The notes below the pieces were generated by a model. The model ran no database searches, was not told the DNA's origin, and worked only from the letters and a program-made list of their open reading frames with translations. This document shows positions 35,138 through 44,457 of a stretch of 64,000 nucleotides of DNA, one piece after another (the stretch's first letter is position 1; the number at the start of each line of letters is the position of its first letter). The translations under genes and the position numbers were made by a program. The DNA is from Deltaproteobacteria bacterium (GTDB lineage: Bacteria; UBA10199; GCA-002796325; JACPFF01): positions 4,476 through 68,475 of the forward strand of contig JACPFF010000026.1 in the NCBI GenBank assembly GCA_016183065.1, read 5' to 3'.

Positions 35138-37545
35138 TCCCGCAACTCGGTACGACCTGTTTGATGCTCCTCCTCCCCGTCTCGTTCTACAGCCTCGGGA
35201 TGACGCTCATTGGGGCGCGTCATGCCGACGCGCGGCTCTATCGCTCCGGGCGTCATGCGGCCTATGCCGTATGCGGACTCTTGACACTCGCGTGCCTGCT
35301 CTTGATCGCCGGCTTTGTGGGGAATCATTTTGAAATCATCTATGTGGCAAGTCATTCCAACCGGGCCCTGCCGCTCTTCTTCAAATTCGCCGGATTATGG
35401 GCGGGCCTGGATGGGTCGCTCCTCTTCTGGGCCTGGCTCCTCGGGGTGATGACCTGCATTGCGCTGGTGCAGGCCGAACGGCATTTGCCACGGCATGTGC
35501 CGTACATCAATGTCGCGGCGATGGTCATCATCGGCTTCTTCGGGATAGTCCTCCTCTTTGAGGCCAATCCCTTTGCGACGAGCCTCGATTTTCCCTTCGA
35601 TGGTCGCGGACTCAATCCGCTCCTGCAGGCTACAGAGATGGTCGTCCATCCGCCCTCGTTGTATCTCGGCTATGTCAGTGCCTCGATCCCGTTTGCGCTC
35701 ATGGTGAGCGGGCTCCTCTCGGGCGAGATGGGCGAGCGGTGGCTCCGCATGATGCGCGGCTGGCTCCTCTTTTGCTGGCTTTTTTTAAGCGTTGGCAATC
35801 TGCTCGGGATGCACTGGGCCTATGTGGAGTTGGGTTGGGGCGGATTTTGGGCGTGGGATCCGGTGGAGAATGCCGCGATCATGCCGTGGTTTACTGCCAC
35901 GGCCATGCTCCATTCGCTCATCATCCAGGAGCGGCGGGGGATGCTCCGCGTGTGGAATGTCACCCTCGCGTTACTGACGTTCATCCTCACCGTCCTCGGG
36001 ACATTTCTCACGCGGAGCGGTGTCGTACAGTCGGTCCACGCCTTTTCGAATTCGACGCTCGGGGTCTATTTTGGGGCCTTCCTCGCGGTCATGACTGCCG
36101 CGGGCATTCTCCTGATCCTTGCCCGGCGGCATCTGTTGGCGAGCGAACATGATCTCGATTCGCTCCTCTCAAAAGAGGGTGCCTTTCTCCTGAACAACGT
36201 TTTCTTCACGGTCGGGGCCTTTACCATTCTCTGGGGGACCATGCTGCCGACACTCGCCGAGGCATTGATCGGCGAACGGATGATGCTGGGGCCGCCATTT
36301 TTCAACCGGATGTTGGCGCCGATCGGGATCGTGTTGATTCTCCTCGCGGGGTTTGGTCCGATACTGGCCTGGCGCAAACATGAACGGCGCGATCTGCTGG
36401 AACTGACGCGATGGCCGGCCACGCTCGGGCTTGCAGCGTTGACGATTGCCTGGGTGATGGGCGCGCGCGAGTGGTACGTCTTGGCCTCGACAGCGGGCAT
36501 TGCCTTTACGTTACTCATTACGTTCGGAGAGTTTGGGCGCGGCATGCAGGTCATACGCCGTCGCGAACAGATTTCTTCCGGGGCCGCGGCTATCGAGATC
36601 TTTCGTCACGCCCCGCGGCGGTATGGCGGTTACCTGGTTCATGTGGCCATGCTCCTGATCTGCGTCGGGATTGCCGGTGCGGTCTATCATTCTGAAGTAA
36701 CCGCAACGCTCAAGCCCGGCGAACGCCTGGAGATGCACGGATACCAGATCGAATTTCAGGGCCTGCGCTACAAGGCCGATGACAACCAGGAGACGATTGC
36801 CGGTGCGCTGGCCGTGCATCGCAATGGCGTGCACATCAGCACCCTCTATCCGGCGCGCAATTTTTATCGCGCCTCCGACCAGCCGACGACGGAGGCCGCG
36901 ATTCACCGGGCATGGAACCACGATCTCTACACCATCATCGGTGCCTTTGACGTGCAAAAAAACGAGGCCGAGTTCAAGGTCATGCATAATCCCATGGTTA
37001 GTTGGATGTGGATCGGGGGCCTGCTCCTGCTCTGTGGTACCGGCATTGTGGCATGGCCGATGGGCCAGCGCAAACGCCAGGCGGAACCGGCCAGACGGGT
37101 CGCGACGGCCGTGATGCTCGTCGCGGTGTTGGGGAGCGGGTTTGCCCTGCCAAGTGCCGTGGCACAAACGATGCCGGAGGGGCATCAGGAGGCCGTGCAG
37201 CTCAAAACCGTGACGCCGGAGGAACGGACGCTGGTCGACGCGGCCTCCAAGATGGTCTGCCTCTGCAGCACCTGTCCGCGGATCAATCTGGCCGAGTGCG
37301 GGTGCGGCTATGCCCGCGAGCGGCGTGAAGAAGTGATGGCGCTTATTCGCTCCGGCAAGAATGCGGCTGAGGTCATTGTCGCGATGATCGGAAAATATGG
37401 GGAAGAGATTTTGGCTGAGATGCCGTTGCGCGGCTGGCAGACTGCGGCGATCTGGATGCCGTTGCTCGTGTTGGGTGGGGCCATTGGCGGTGTCAGTCTG
37501 ACTGCACGTCGCTGGATTCGGCGGAATCGCCAGCGGCGACAGTAA
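35134..37545 (+). CDS. ccmF: Heme lyase CcmF with a C-terminal CcmH/NrfF-like domain
   Basis: GTG start overlapping the ccmE stop. WGGFWAWDPVENA Trp-rich motif. The C-terminal 130 aa (MVCLCSTCPRINLAECG...EEVMALIRSGKNAAEVIVAMIGKYGEEIL + TM) parallels CcmH. Confidence 0.85.
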   Translation: MIPQLGTTCLMLLLPVSFYSLGMTLIGARHADARLYRSGRHAAYAVCGLLTLACLLLIAGFVGNHFEIIYVASHSNRALPLFFKFAGLWAGLDGSLLFWAWLLGVMTCIALVQAERHLPRHVPYINVAAMVIIGFFGIVLLFEANPFATSLDFPFDGRGLNPLLQATEMVVHPPSLYLGYVSASIPFALMVSGLLSGEMGERWLRMMRGWLLFCWLFLSVGNLLGMHWAYVELGWGGFWAWDPVENAAIMPWFTATAMLHSLIIQERRGMLRVWNVTLALLTFILTVLGTFLTRSGVVQSVHAFSNSTLGVYFGAFLAVMTAAGILLILARRHLLASEHDLDSLLSKEGAFLLNNVFFTVGAFTILWGTMLPTLAEALIGERMMLGPPFFNRMLAPIGIVLILLAGFGPILAWRKHERRDLLELTRWPATLGLAALTIAWVMGAREWYVLASTAGIAFTLLITFGEFGRGMQVIRRREQISSGAAAIEIFRHAPRRYGGYLVHVAMLLICVGIAGAVYHSEVTATLKPGERLEMHGYQIEFQGLRYKADDNQETIAGALAVHRNGVHISTLYPARNFYRASDQPTTEAAIHRAWNHDLYTIIGAFDVQKNEAEFKVMHNPMVSWMWIGGLLLLCGTGIVAWPMGQRKRQAEPARRVATAVMLVAVLGSGFALPSAVAQTMPEGHQEAVQLKTVTPEERTLVDAASKMVCLCSTCPRINLAECGCGYARERREEVMALIRSGKNAAEVIVAMIGKYGEEILAEMPLRGWQTAAIWMPLLVLGGAIGGVSLTARRWIRRNRQRRQ

Positions 37546-37575
37546 CAGCAGGCTCAATGGGATTCGGGAGGGTGT

Positions 37576-38352
37576 ATGGGTGAGGGAGGATTTTTTGCCA
37601 CGGTACTCTTTATTCTCGTGTGGGCCTACGTTGCGGCCCCCTATTGGTGGCAGTCGTCGAGGGCATCCGATGCTGGAAAGAAGTGCGGGAGCGGACCGCT
37701 CGTCAAAAGTCTCCTCTTCTGCGCGATGGTCGCCTGGCCACTCGTTGTGCAGGCGCAAGTTGGTGGCGACACCGCCCCGCACCAGTCCATGCCGGAGGGC
37801 GGGACCATTTCCGGGACGCTGGCCGTGCGACCTGCGACTGAGGCTGCGTCGCATCTGCTGAGCTCGCATCCCTACACGATTGAGGTGATGCAGGGGAGTG
37901 CGGCGGTCGTGGCCGTCGAGAAAACGACCGACGCCCAGGGCCGCTTTCAGATCCGCAACGTCATTGCCAATCCGGCCTTGCACTATTTTCTCCGCGTGAC
38001 CCACGATGGACGGCGCTATCGTTCAGCAGCCCTGCAGTTGCCAGGCGGGGTGAAGGAGGCAACGCGGGATCTTGTGCTGACCCCGGTTGGCGATGCCTCC
38101 GCGGGCGATGTGCCTGGGGTTGCGGCCCCGATGGCCATGCCCTCCTCGCCGGATCGCGCGGCAGCTCCTCAGATCGCACCTTTCGCCCCGACCGCCGGTG
38201 AAGCGATGCCGCCGTCCGCGCCCCGTGACATGGAGCATGACGCGGCGTCCCGCGCCTGGGGGAGCGACCAATGGATCAGTGTCCTCCTCTGTGGCGGCGT
38301 GGCCCTCCTCATTGCCTGGCAGCTCATGGCCCGGCGGGGGAGGAAGGTGTAG
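37576..38352 (+). CDS. Hypothetical membrane-anchored protein with a possible carboxypeptidase-regulatory-like beta domain
   Basis: N- and C-terminal TM segments. The middle part (ISGTLAV...DAQGRFQIRNV) resembles CarboxypepD_reg folds (weak). Confidence 0.35.
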   Translation: MGEGGFFATVLFILVWAYVAAPYWWQSSRASDAGKKCGSGPLVKSLLFCAMVAWPLVVQAQVGGDTAPHQSMPEGGTISGTLAVRPATEAASHLLSSHPYTIEVMQGSAAVVAVEKTTDAQGRFQIRNVIANPALHYFLRVTHDGRRYRSAALQLPGGVKEATRDLVLTPVGDASAGDVPGVAAPMAMPSSPDRAAAPQIAPFAPTAGEAMPPSAPRDMEHDAASRAWGSDQWISVLLCGGVALLIAWQLMARRGRKV

Positions 38353-38390
38353 GGCATCTTAAAAAAACCTCTGCCAGGATGGATCAGAGA

Positions 38391-39059
38391 TCAGTTGTCG
38401 ACCACGCCCTGCGCTGCGATGGCAAAGGCAGAGACAAAATTTCCGTGCGTGGCGGTACGATAATGGCATTCCCATGGTCCATAATGGGCCCGCCGATGGG
38501 GGTCATCCACACGGATATCGGTCAATCGTAGATTCGGGGTGGGTGGGAGCGCCTTGAGGCAGGCTTCCTTGATACACCAGAGTACCTTGCGGCGTGACGG
38601 CACGATGCGGTCATGTGGATGCCATATTCCATGTTGCATAGAGTGGAGTCTGTCGCGGCATTCAATGTCACAGCCGATACCAATACGACCGAGGTAACGC
38701 GCGTGCACATGCGCAATGACAGCAAAACACCATCCCGCTGCATGTGCCAGTGTGACGACAAATGGGCATCCCCTGTTGCGACAGCGCAACTGCGGATCGA
38801 AACTATGTCGGTGTCGTCGATTCGTGACTGACGATAATGCGTAGAGCGTCTGTGCGATCCACCATCGGCCAAATAACCGTTCAGCACGACGATCGGGATG
38901 GCGCTGCGTTTGAATATGTGCCCATTCGATGTCGTCAAAACAGGATCGATATGCCTCTTCCGGCATATGCAGCAGGATGGGACCTACATACACCTGTTTA
39001 ATGTGCAGCGGTGGTCGCATGTGCAAGAAATACTCTGTTGTGTGTAAGGCGCAGCCCAA
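38391..39059 (-). CDS. Sfp-type 4'-phosphopantetheinyl transferase
   Basis: VTLAHAAGWCFAVIA...RIGIGCDIE (G.D.E motif) and LWCIKEACLKAL (W.xKEA.xK motif). Start uncertain (39059 or 39020). Confidence 0.7.
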   Translation of the reverse strand: MGCALHTTEYFLHMRPPLHIKQVYVGPILLHMPEEAYRSCFDDIEWAHIQTQRHPDRRAERLFGRWWIAQTLYALSSVTNRRHRHSFDPQLRCRNRGCPFVVTLAHAAGWCFAVIAHVHARYLGRIGIGCDIECRDRLHSMQHGIWHPHDRIVPSRRKVLWCIKEACLKALPPTPNLRLTDIRVDDPHRRAHYGPWECHYRTATHGNFVSAFAIAAQGVVDN

Positions 39060-40272
39060 GATAGATTGGGATCATCATGACAATGGCCGCGTGCAGAAGA
39101 AATGAGGTGATCAGGAGGGGCATGGAGGCATGGTGTGCGGTGAGCTGTAAGAACCCGCGTGCCACGATCATGGCTGCTGCAAAGATGGCGGCGACCACAT
39201 ACCCTTTCTGATCTGACTCAAGAAGATATCGACTGACATGCATACCACCCATAAAGGGAATCAAGGCTGCGTCAGTCCAGATCACTATGGTCAGCGCGTG
39301 CACGGCGTCCTCGAGATGTGGCGTACACAGAGAGAGAATCTGCTCCACATGCGTGAACACGCGGTATGCGAGGAAGACCGTCATGCCGATCCAGAGGAAA
39401 AGTGCTGGCGATATCGGTCGAATGTGCGACCAGTGAAACATCGCATGGTCGTGTTGGCGGCGTTGCGCGAGAACTTGACCGAGGGCAAGTGCGGGAATGA
39501 GGAAGAATGGTTTGAGTTGAAACCAACCGGCAAACACCCCAACGTAGGCGGTATCCCACTGACCGACGATGCCATTGAGCCAATGACGGTCCAGTGCGAC
39601 GACAGACCAACTGAGGATCAGGGGAATCGAAAATCGACTATAGAGATGCAGAGAGTGTCCCTGCAGTGTGCAACGCCACAACGCGCGGTGCCAGGGTTGT
39701 AGCAACAGAAACCAGACGATGGATTCCAGGACTGCCACGTATGCCATCGTGTGCGCCCATGTCGAGGTGTCGAGCAGGTCGTGCAGTGCGCACCATATGG
39801 CCATGCCGATCGTGATGCACAGAAACGCGAAATTCGCACGATAGATACGACGAAATGCCCCACGCGCACGCAAAATACCAATACAGCCTGCTGAGGCAAT
39901 GCTGAGTGCCGCCATGATGAACAGCGGTCGAGCGATCAGGGTCATTTCAAATGTCGTGACACCCCCTGGTTGATACAGAAAACCACCAGCATAGTACATC
40001 AGTGCCAGGCTCGCTTGCCAGGCAAAGAGTGCCACGATGTTGGTCTGTGACTGTCGGCCGATCAGATAAAAGATCGCCATTTCCGTTCCCTCGGCAATGG
40101 CGAACCCCAGGAGGAGATAGGGGAGGAGCAGTCCGTAGACAATGATGGCACGGTCCGAGACTTGGGCAAAGACCAGACACATGACGAGCGGTGAGGCATA
40201 TGTGGCGGCAAATCCTTTTGTGCTATGCCATAATGTGCACAGCATCTCGTAATTGTGTTTCCACAGAGACAT
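38998..40272 (-). CDS. About 12-TM membrane protein, possibly a MOP/MATE-superfamily exporter
   Basis: Hydropathy pattern and N-terminal ATYASPLVMCLVFAQVSDRAIIVYG resemble MATE-like lobes. Weak. Confidence 0.35.
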   Translation of the reverse strand: MSLWKHNYEMLCTLWHSTKGFAATYASPLVMCLVFAQVSDRAIIVYGLLLPYLLLGFAIAEGTEMAIFYLIGRQSQTNIVALFAWQASLALMYYAGGFLYQPGGVTTFEMTLIARPLFIMAALSIASAGCIGILRARGAFRRIYRANFAFLCITIGMAIWCALHDLLDTSTWAHTMAYVAVLESIVWFLLLQPWHRALWRCTLQGHSLHLYSRFSIPLILSWSVVALDRHWLNGIVGQWDTAYVGVFAGWFQLKPFFLIPALALGQVLAQRRQHDHAMFHWSHIRPISPALFLWIGMTVFLAYRVFTHVEQILSLCTPHLEDAVHALTIVIWTDAALIPFMGGMHVSRYLLESDQKGYVVAAIFAAAMIVARGFLQLTAHHASMPLLITSFLLHAAIVMMIPIYLGLRLTHNRVFLAHATTAAH

Positions 40273-40273
40273 A

Positions 40274-41212
40274 TTATTGTAGCCGGCGGAGTGTCAGACC
40301 AATGATGACCTCGCCGGGTTCGATGAATAGACACAGACATCGTGTGTTATTTGGCATATCGCTCTTGGCAAGCATCGCCAGGATTTCCAATCCATGGGCC
40401 ATGCCACAGCAACCGTTGTGCCACGCCATACCGGTACGTACGTGCGAAAATTGTTCCAGCACGAGCGGAGCACACGCGGGATAAATGACCTGCGAGCATG
40501 TCGGTGGATGCTGGCGAAAAAAATGCGTCAGCTGTGTCATCGTGTCATCCAACATCATGTCCCATGCATGATCAGCCCAGGCGAACGGGTGTGGATGATA
40601 ATATGCGATACAATCTTCATACACATACGTCGGTCCTTCTGATGGAATATCTGTCGAGACAGATACCACCCCCGCAGCATCCGAAAGCCATCCCAGCGGC
40701 GAGAAGGCGCGATGCGCTGGCGCAAGGACCCGTTCAGCCCCCACAATGAGGCTCGTCGCAGAGGCCGATTGAGACTGGACCCAGTCAATGGTTTCCTGGA
40801 ATGCGAGGCCCCATGTGGCGCCTCCCTGGTATTCTACCGTAAATGTCTCCGATGCCCGAATACCGGTGATATGTTGCAACCATGCCGCAGGGCATATGTG
40901 CAAATCTTCCGGGAAGGTCTGATGGCAGTAGACAAATTGTTGGCAGGAAGCGTGTGGATAGGCCTTCAATACTGCGGCGGCCAGTTCGACCTGACTCAGG
41001 CGAGGGCTTTGCACAAATGCGTGAGACCGTCCCTCCCACGCCATCGGAGGGACATGGTGGCGAGGTAACAGTCCATGGGTACACAAATGCAAATAGTGTA
41101 ACGAATCAAAGGGATCTTCGCTATGACCTTCCAGATATTCTGCCCAGGATCTGAGGGATAATACCTCACCAACCGGTAGTACGGATGGTGTATGGATATA
41201 GACATCATGCAT
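40274..41212 (-). CDS. KASIII (FabH)-like thiolase-fold protein lacking the nucleophilic Cys
   Basis: TFTVEYQGGATWGLAFQETIDWVQS...SLIVGAERV and LSDAAGVVSVS parallel FabH A-A-C-S-G-F...VVGAE and GDGAGA blocks, but the Cys position reads GGAT. Confidence 0.5.
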   Translation of the reverse strand: MHDVYIHTPSVLPVGEVLSLRSWAEYLEGHSEDPFDSLHYLHLCTHGLLPRHHVPPMAWEGRSHAFVQSPRLSQVELAAAVLKAYPHASCQQFVYCHQTFPEDLHICPAAWLQHITGIRASETFTVEYQGGATWGLAFQETIDWVQSQSASATSLIVGAERVLAPAHRAFSPLGWLSDAAGVVSVSTDIPSEGPTYVYEDCIAYYHPHPFAWADHAWDMMLDDTMTQLTHFFRQHPPTCSQVIYPACAPLVLEQFSHVRTGMAWHNGCCGMAHGLEILAMLAKSDMPNNTRCLCLFIEPGEVIIGLTLRRLQ

Positions 41213-42488
41213 ATCCGGTAACCAGCTGTTGGCCCTTTGCGAGAGTACGCCATGTCATTTGGGGACTGAGCATATGGATACAGCCGTTGCTGCCAGCCCA
41301 TTCTGCGGGAAAACCCTCAAGGGCGCGCCATACCGCGCTGGTCGTTGGTCCATAGGCTCCCGAGTTGAGAAAGACGAGGTAATCGCCGATGGCCAAACGA
41401 GGTGCTGTTACACGGGTGGGCCATGGAAGACGCTGTCCATGGAGACGGTACGAGACGGCAGTTGGCAGCTTTCCACGTTTCCAGCCGTCACGATGCAGCC
41501 CGGCACCAAGAAAATGGCGATTCTTTGCGAGAAAACTTCCCGCGGATAATCCGTGAAGGGCTGGTGTCGCCGCGACTTCCACCTGTTGCAGGTCGCCGTC
41601 CATTGCGACGTGTTGCACGCGTGCAAAAAAACACCCCGCCGGACCGATAATATAACGGCCTGACTCCAGGTAAAACAGGCAGGGCGGGAGTCCGGTCGCG
41701 TGATAGGCGCGGACATGTTCCTGTACTGCCTCGGCGAATGATTCAAATGCGCACTCATGCTCGTCTTCGTAGTAGGGAATGCCGAGACCTCCCCCGACGT
41801 CAACTTTGGTGCATATGGCGCCTGTCTGACCAAACTGACGCGCCTGCGCGATGACCTGTCCTACGTTCCATGCTGCATCCGTTGCGGAGGCAATCCGAGT
41901 CCCCACATAGATATGGATGCCACAGACCTGGAGAGGAGATTGTCGATGGATGGCATCGTGCATGCAGTGAAGGGCCTCATCGCGTTCGAGACCAAATTGT
42001 GTGGTGCGACCCCCCATCGCCATGCGAACGCCCCGAACCTCGTACGTAGGATTAATGCGCACGATGGCCGTTGTCGGACATCGACGCGTGGTGGCAATAT
42101 GCCGCAACATGTGGAGCTCGGACGCGGATTCCACGGCAACCGCGCCGATCTGGCGCTCGACCGCTAGAGTGAGCTCCGCACTGCTCTTTCCGGGGCCGAC
42201 AAAACAGATGGTTTCCGATGCAAATCCACTGCGCAACGCCAGTAATAACTCTGCACCAGAGGAGACATCGGCCCCACACCGTTCCTGCGCCAGCAATGTG
42301 AGGAGCGGCGGCGCTGGATTCGCCTTGAGTGAATAGAGCAGATGCATATTCTCTGGCAGTGCGCTCTGCATCGTGCGCACACGTGATCGTACGATGTCCA
42401 TATCATAATAATAGCCTGCCGTCAGCTCAGCGGTGACACATGCCGTGTAGAGTGCTCGTCCATTGTGATGTGCGTCGCACAGATGCAT
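41205..42488 (-). CDS. PLP-dependent fold-type III decarboxylase (Orn/DAP/Arg decarboxylase family), PLP-Lys present
   Basis: LLYSLKANP, GIHIYVGTRI, VDVGGGLGIPY, ESGRYIIGPAG and GDYLVFLNSGAYG. Start chosen at MHLCDAHH (ATG 42488, GGAGGA 9 nt upstream). The GPxCxxxD loop is absent. Confidence 0.75.
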   Translation of the reverse strand: MHLCDAHHNGRALYTACVTAELTAGYYYDMDIVRSRVRTMQSALPENMHLLYSLKANPAPPLLTLLAQERCGADVSSGAELLLALRSGFASETICFVGPGKSSAELTLAVERQIGAVAVESASELHMLRHIATTRRCPTTAIVRINPTYEVRGVRMAMGGRTTQFGLERDEALHCMHDAIHRQSPLQVCGIHIYVGTRIASATDAAWNVGQVIAQARQFGQTGAICTKVDVGGGLGIPYYEDEHECAFESFAEAVQEHVRAYHATGLPPCLFYLESGRYIIGPAGCFFARVQHVAMDGDLQQVEVAATPALHGLSAGSFLAKNRHFLGAGLHRDGWKRGKLPTAVSYRLHGQRLPWPTRVTAPRLAIGDYLVFLNSGAYGPTTSAVWRALEGFPAEWAGSNGCIHMLSPQMTWRTLAKGQQLVTGYA

Positions 42489-42516
42489 TGTCGACATTCC
42501 TCCATTGTCATGAGTG

Positions 42517-43455
42517 CTACTGCGCTTGTACGAGGAGACCGCCCCAACTTGCTCCCATGCCATAGGTCAGTGCGAGGGCGTAGGTCGATGTCGGTGGATG
42601 CTGCGCAACGAATTGCATCAACCCCAGCACGCAATCCGTTCCAAAAAGATGCCCCAAGGTCTCCATCTCCCGCTGCAGTAGGATCTGGCCGTGAAATTGC
42701 AAAAGCTCTCGGATACGCTGCCATGTCACCGGATTGCTGATATGGGGAATCACATGTGCAACCTGCTCAATGGTGATCCCATGCCGGACTAAGAGCGCAT
42801 GAACGAGCGAACGGAGGGTGAAAAAATATCGCCAGCTGAGTTCATCGCCAGCTCCACTCATGTCATATCGCGATGCATCGGTGATCACGTGCGTTCCCAC
42901 ATACGCGATTTCCGCGGGGGCATGGCTCAGAATCACCGCTGACGCCGCATCGCCCTGGATCACGCCGTTGCCCAATGTGCGGTGCGTCGTAAAATCCACA
43001 ACGTCGACCGTGGCCACCAACACGTGAGAATATGGCCGTGTCGTCAACCAGTGCGCAGCCTGTCGCATGGCAGCAATAGTGCCTGAACACTGATGTCCGC
43101 CGAGATGCAGGTATGGTCCCGAAACGCCAATGGGCTGCAATATGGATCGAACAAGAGAGCGTCCAGCGGGGAAGTGCGTCATCGGCAATGTGCAACAAAA
43201 TACGGTGCCATCAATTATTGTCGCCGGCATCGATGCCCGTTCGAGCGCACCCGTAATGGCCTCACGCAGCAATGACATCTTTGCATCGGCCGACCATGCT
43301 GCCAGACATGCGACGGTGCGATCATGACCTGCTGTTTCTTGCGTTGCAGAGATGCCCTCTATACGCATGATCGCACGACGCAACCGTCGCACCGTCCCCG
43401 TGACGCTATAGGCACCATGTACATAAATCCGACGTTGACGCTTCTGCTGATTCAT
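42517..43455 (-). CDS. KASIII-like condensing enzyme/acyltransferase (Cys present)
   Basis: Start MNQQKRQRRIYV in ATGA overlap with the upstream stop. GGHQCSGTIAAMRQAAHWL (Cys box), GDAASAVIL, HVIPHISN, GHLFGTDCVLGL. Confidence 0.6.
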   Translation of the reverse strand: MNQQKRQRRIYVHGAYSVTGTVRRLRRAIMRIEGISATQETAGHDRTVACLAAWSADAKMSLLREAITGALERASMPATIIDGTVFCCTLPMTHFPAGRSLVRSILQPIGVSGPYLHLGGHQCSGTIAAMRQAAHWLTTRPYSHVLVATVDVVDFTTHRTLGNGVIQGDAASAVILSHAPAEIAYVGTHVITDASRYDMSGAGDELSWRYFFTLRSLVHALLVRHGITIEQVAHVIPHISNPVTWQRIRELLQFHGQILLQREMETLGHLFGTDCVLGLMQFVAQHPPTSTYALALTYGMGASWGGLLVQAQ

Positions 43456-44429
43456 GGATCCACGGGATCTGCTGAGAGAAATGGCGAGGGAACCTGCTGG
43501 ACCGGAACAAGGGAGCCATGCGTATAGAGCATCTCGAGCGGCGCGGGATGGCTGATAAAATACAACGGGCTTCGATAGTGCGCACTGCCGGCATTCGGCA
43601 GTGCGATCAGATCGCCTGGGTGAAGTGCAGGAGCGGGTATATCGACCGCCAACAGATCTTGCGGCGTACACAGCGGTCCACAGAACGTGGTTGGACGCAC
43701 TGTCGCCTCTGCTGCACTGTACGGGAAGAGTATCGGGTACTTCTTGCGCAACGCATTTCCCCGTTGTCCGGCATCCCAGAGCACGTTTGTTCCACCACTC
43801 ATGATTGCATACTGACGTCCGTGGACCTGCTTCACCGTGCGTACCACCAGCCACAAGGTACAGGCCTGATGCAGCAGTGCTTCTCCATGGAACACCATGC
43901 AGCGAATGTCATGATGTTCGCAGAACTGTTGTATGCAATGTGACAGAGCATCATGGTCCTGGATTGATGCCCCCCGCGCATCAACAAGCCATTGTTTAGG
44001 GCGTTGTGCGATAGACCGCAGGGGTGCGCATTGAATGAGCTTCGGCAGGACATGATGGGGAATACAGGCGATCGAGTGAGAGGCTGGACAGGATGCCAGT
44101 GCCAGCCGTGTCCAGTCTTCTGGGGATTCGATCCACAGAGCATGCTCATTCAGACAGCACACGTCAGATGGCGGAATATTCGTCAACTGAAGATAGGAGA
44201 TCCACGCTGTTGTCGGAATGACGACATGGCAGCACAGCTGTTCGTGAATCCGTCGCACAACGGCAAGGGTTGGCTCTGTTTGGAGGTCGTACACATGCCG
44301 TATCCATGGGGGATATTGCTGCCCCACTGTGCGGCAGTTTGCCTCCAATTGTGGGATGTCAACAACGACAAACGCCTCCTGGCCGCGTCGTACCCACTGC
44401 GTCAGTTGCTCTAGGTAGGGAAACTGCAT
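43452..44429 (-). CDS. Degenerate fold-type III decarboxylase paralogue (PLP-Lys replaced by Gln, Cys loop retained)
   Basis: HVYDLQTEPTLAVVRRI aligns to LLYSLKANPAPPLLTLL. FHGEALLHQACTLWLVVRTVKQVHGRQYAIMSGGTN aligns to the EPGR region. FCGPLCTPQDLL and GDLIALPNAGSAHY are retained. Confidence 0.6.
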   Translation of the reverse strand: MQFPYLEQLTQWVRRGQEAFVVVDIPQLEANCRTVGQQYPPWIRHVYDLQTEPTLAVVRRIHEQLCCHVVIPTTAWISYLQLTNIPPSDVCCLNEHALWIESPEDWTRLALASCPASHSIACIPHHVLPKLIQCAPLRSIAQRPKQWLVDARGASIQDHDALSHCIQQFCEHHDIRCMVFHGEALLHQACTLWLVVRTVKQVHGRQYAIMSGGTNVLWDAGQRGNALRKKYPILFPYSAAEATVRPTTFCGPLCTPQDLLAVDIPAPALHPGDLIALPNAGSAHYRSPLYFISHPAPLEMLYTHGSLVPVQQVPSPFLSADPVDP

Positions 44430-44457
44430 GGCGGTTATGCGTACACGGTATCAGACT

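Noticed and set aside
36511-38004. 497-aa minus-strand ORF across the ccmF 3' end and the following gene
   Set aside because: Antisense to a well-supported CcmF-CcmH frame. The translation is Arg/Pro/Gly-rich with no recognisable domain.
42517-43854. 445-aa version of the KASIII-like ORF with a 130-aa N-terminal extension
   Set aside because: The extension overlaps the upstream decarboxylase-like gene in another frame. An internal ATG at 43455 forms an ATGA junction with that gene's stop and gives a normal 313-aa KASIII-size protein.
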